NCBI GenBank assembly: GCA_018985225.1
Contig: JADGIF010000118.1
Span: 1 to 18,891 of the forward strand
Direction: 5' to 3'
Length of the DNA stretch: 18,891 nucleotides
Source: Amoeboradix gromovi X-113
Lineage: Eukaryota > Fungi > Sanchytriomycota
The position numbers and the translations under genes were made by a program. Shown piece by piece: positions 17,831 through 18,891 of the stretch. The notes below the pieces were generated by a model. It was given only the letters and a program-made list of their open reading frames with translations, was not told where the DNA came from and made no database searches. Each line of letters begins with the position of its first letter. The stretch's first letter is position 1.

Positions 17831-18641
17831 ATGCTGTACCTGTTAGTTATTTATTTAGATCTGACATATTCGGTATTACATCCATTAATTCCATTTACCA
17901 TTTACGAAAAGGAGGAACATCGAGCATTTGAGCTATTGGAAAAGTCTTGAAATTATACAAAAATACATACAAATTCGCGATAAATGATATATTCAAGAAA
18001 GCAATCGAGCAGATCGCGTACTGCATTAACTAAAATAGCTAATTCATACAAAAGCGCAGCACAAAATTATTGCTAATGAACCAGACGGAACTGTTTTGTC
18101 ATCATTTCTTCTTTGTCAACTAAGTTTACGATTCGGTAACAGGCATATAATGACTTTAGATTATTAAAATACACTTTAAAGTTCGGTTTAACATCGCTTA
18201 ACACTGACCGCACTGCCCTAATCTTGGGCTGTTGAGAGATCATTGAATGCGCTTATAACTGTCGTCCTGTTAACCTTTATAGCATAATTTAGAAGCTATA
18301 TACCCTGAAGGAATTGGCACTGAAGGCTTTCTGTTAAATGATTATATCGGTTTGTTGTTAGGGATATTATGAGTACCTCCACGATTGTACTGACAACCTA
18401 TATACCGATAGTAAGTCACTTTCTTCTTAAGGCACTTTGAGCAAAAGCAAGCTTTTCAGGAAATATTAATACTCTCAGTGGACCCAATAATTTGTTATTG
18501 CCATTAGAATACAGGCTAAGAAATAGGTTTGTTGATTAGCGAGATGATTATCTGGCTGGAATTTTTCTTACTATGATCAACACTCTTTTCCAATTCGGCA
18601 AGCGTTGTAGTTAATTAAGGGTCAATCATTCTCATTAGACA

Positions 18642-18839
18642 TGGGACACCAAATATAAAAACTAGACTAACTCGTTTTTAAAGGAGGTGCTCCATACGGA
18701 AGAAATGCTATTATTAATAAAAGATCTTCTTCTGATATACCAAGATTCTCTCATTAATTGCATTCCTCTTTTTAAAATAAAACTAGAAGACCCTACATAT
18801 CTTTCAAATATATGAGGTCTTTGAGCATCTAAGCAAAAG
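18642..18839 (+). repeat. ~200-bp dispersed repeat (inverted copy of 4573-4767), upstream of Fanzor remnant B
   Basis: Collinear match of about 80% to the reverse complement of 4573-4767. Begins with the 27-30-nt motif also found at 337-363 and 4462-4491. Confidence 0.9.
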
Positions 18840-18891
18840 GTGCATTTTCTTAGACGATACTCTTTTCTAAAGTCATTTTGTAATGTTATAC

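Noticed and set aside
17846-18640. IS607-type serine recombinase or Fanzor N-terminus upstream of copy B
   Set aside because: No YxRVS or RuvC-I (DPG/DLG) motif seen in the frames inspected.
18664-18891. Open frame of about 75 codons on - running in from the window edge (…CTFCLDAQRPHIFER…) as a gene
   Set aside because: Differences from the 4573-4767 copy are spread evenly over codon positions and no family is recognised. It cannot be fully excluded without the flanking sequence.

Overview
AT-rich, gene-dense, almost intron-free eukaryotic DNA using the standard code. It most likely comes from a compact-genome, early-diverging fungus or fungal relative that still has functional mitochondria (inferred from GT71 mannosyltransferase, VID27, ATP synthase subunit e and mitochondrial L1). 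Recognisable genes: ATP synthase subunit e, SAM synthetase, an LRR surface protein, a coiled-coil RhoGAP, a Mnn2-type GT71, mitochondrial ribosomal L1, two paralogous GPI-like glycoproteins (one a 51-aa ORF missed by the track), VID27 and several unknown ORFs. Main observations: (1) two remnants of a Fanzor2/TnpB-like RNA-guided nuclease element in opposite orientations (17408-17830 on -, and a heavily decayed, unannotated one at about 4864-5146 on +). Each is followed by a homologous three-hairpin omegaRNA-like region and preceded, in the same relative orientation, by a shared ~200-bp repeat. (2) A 19-nt GT-AG intron that restores the RhoGAP domain. (3) Extreme compaction, with AATAAA overlapping most stop codons and divergent genes 39-53 nt apart. 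All alignments were done by eye.
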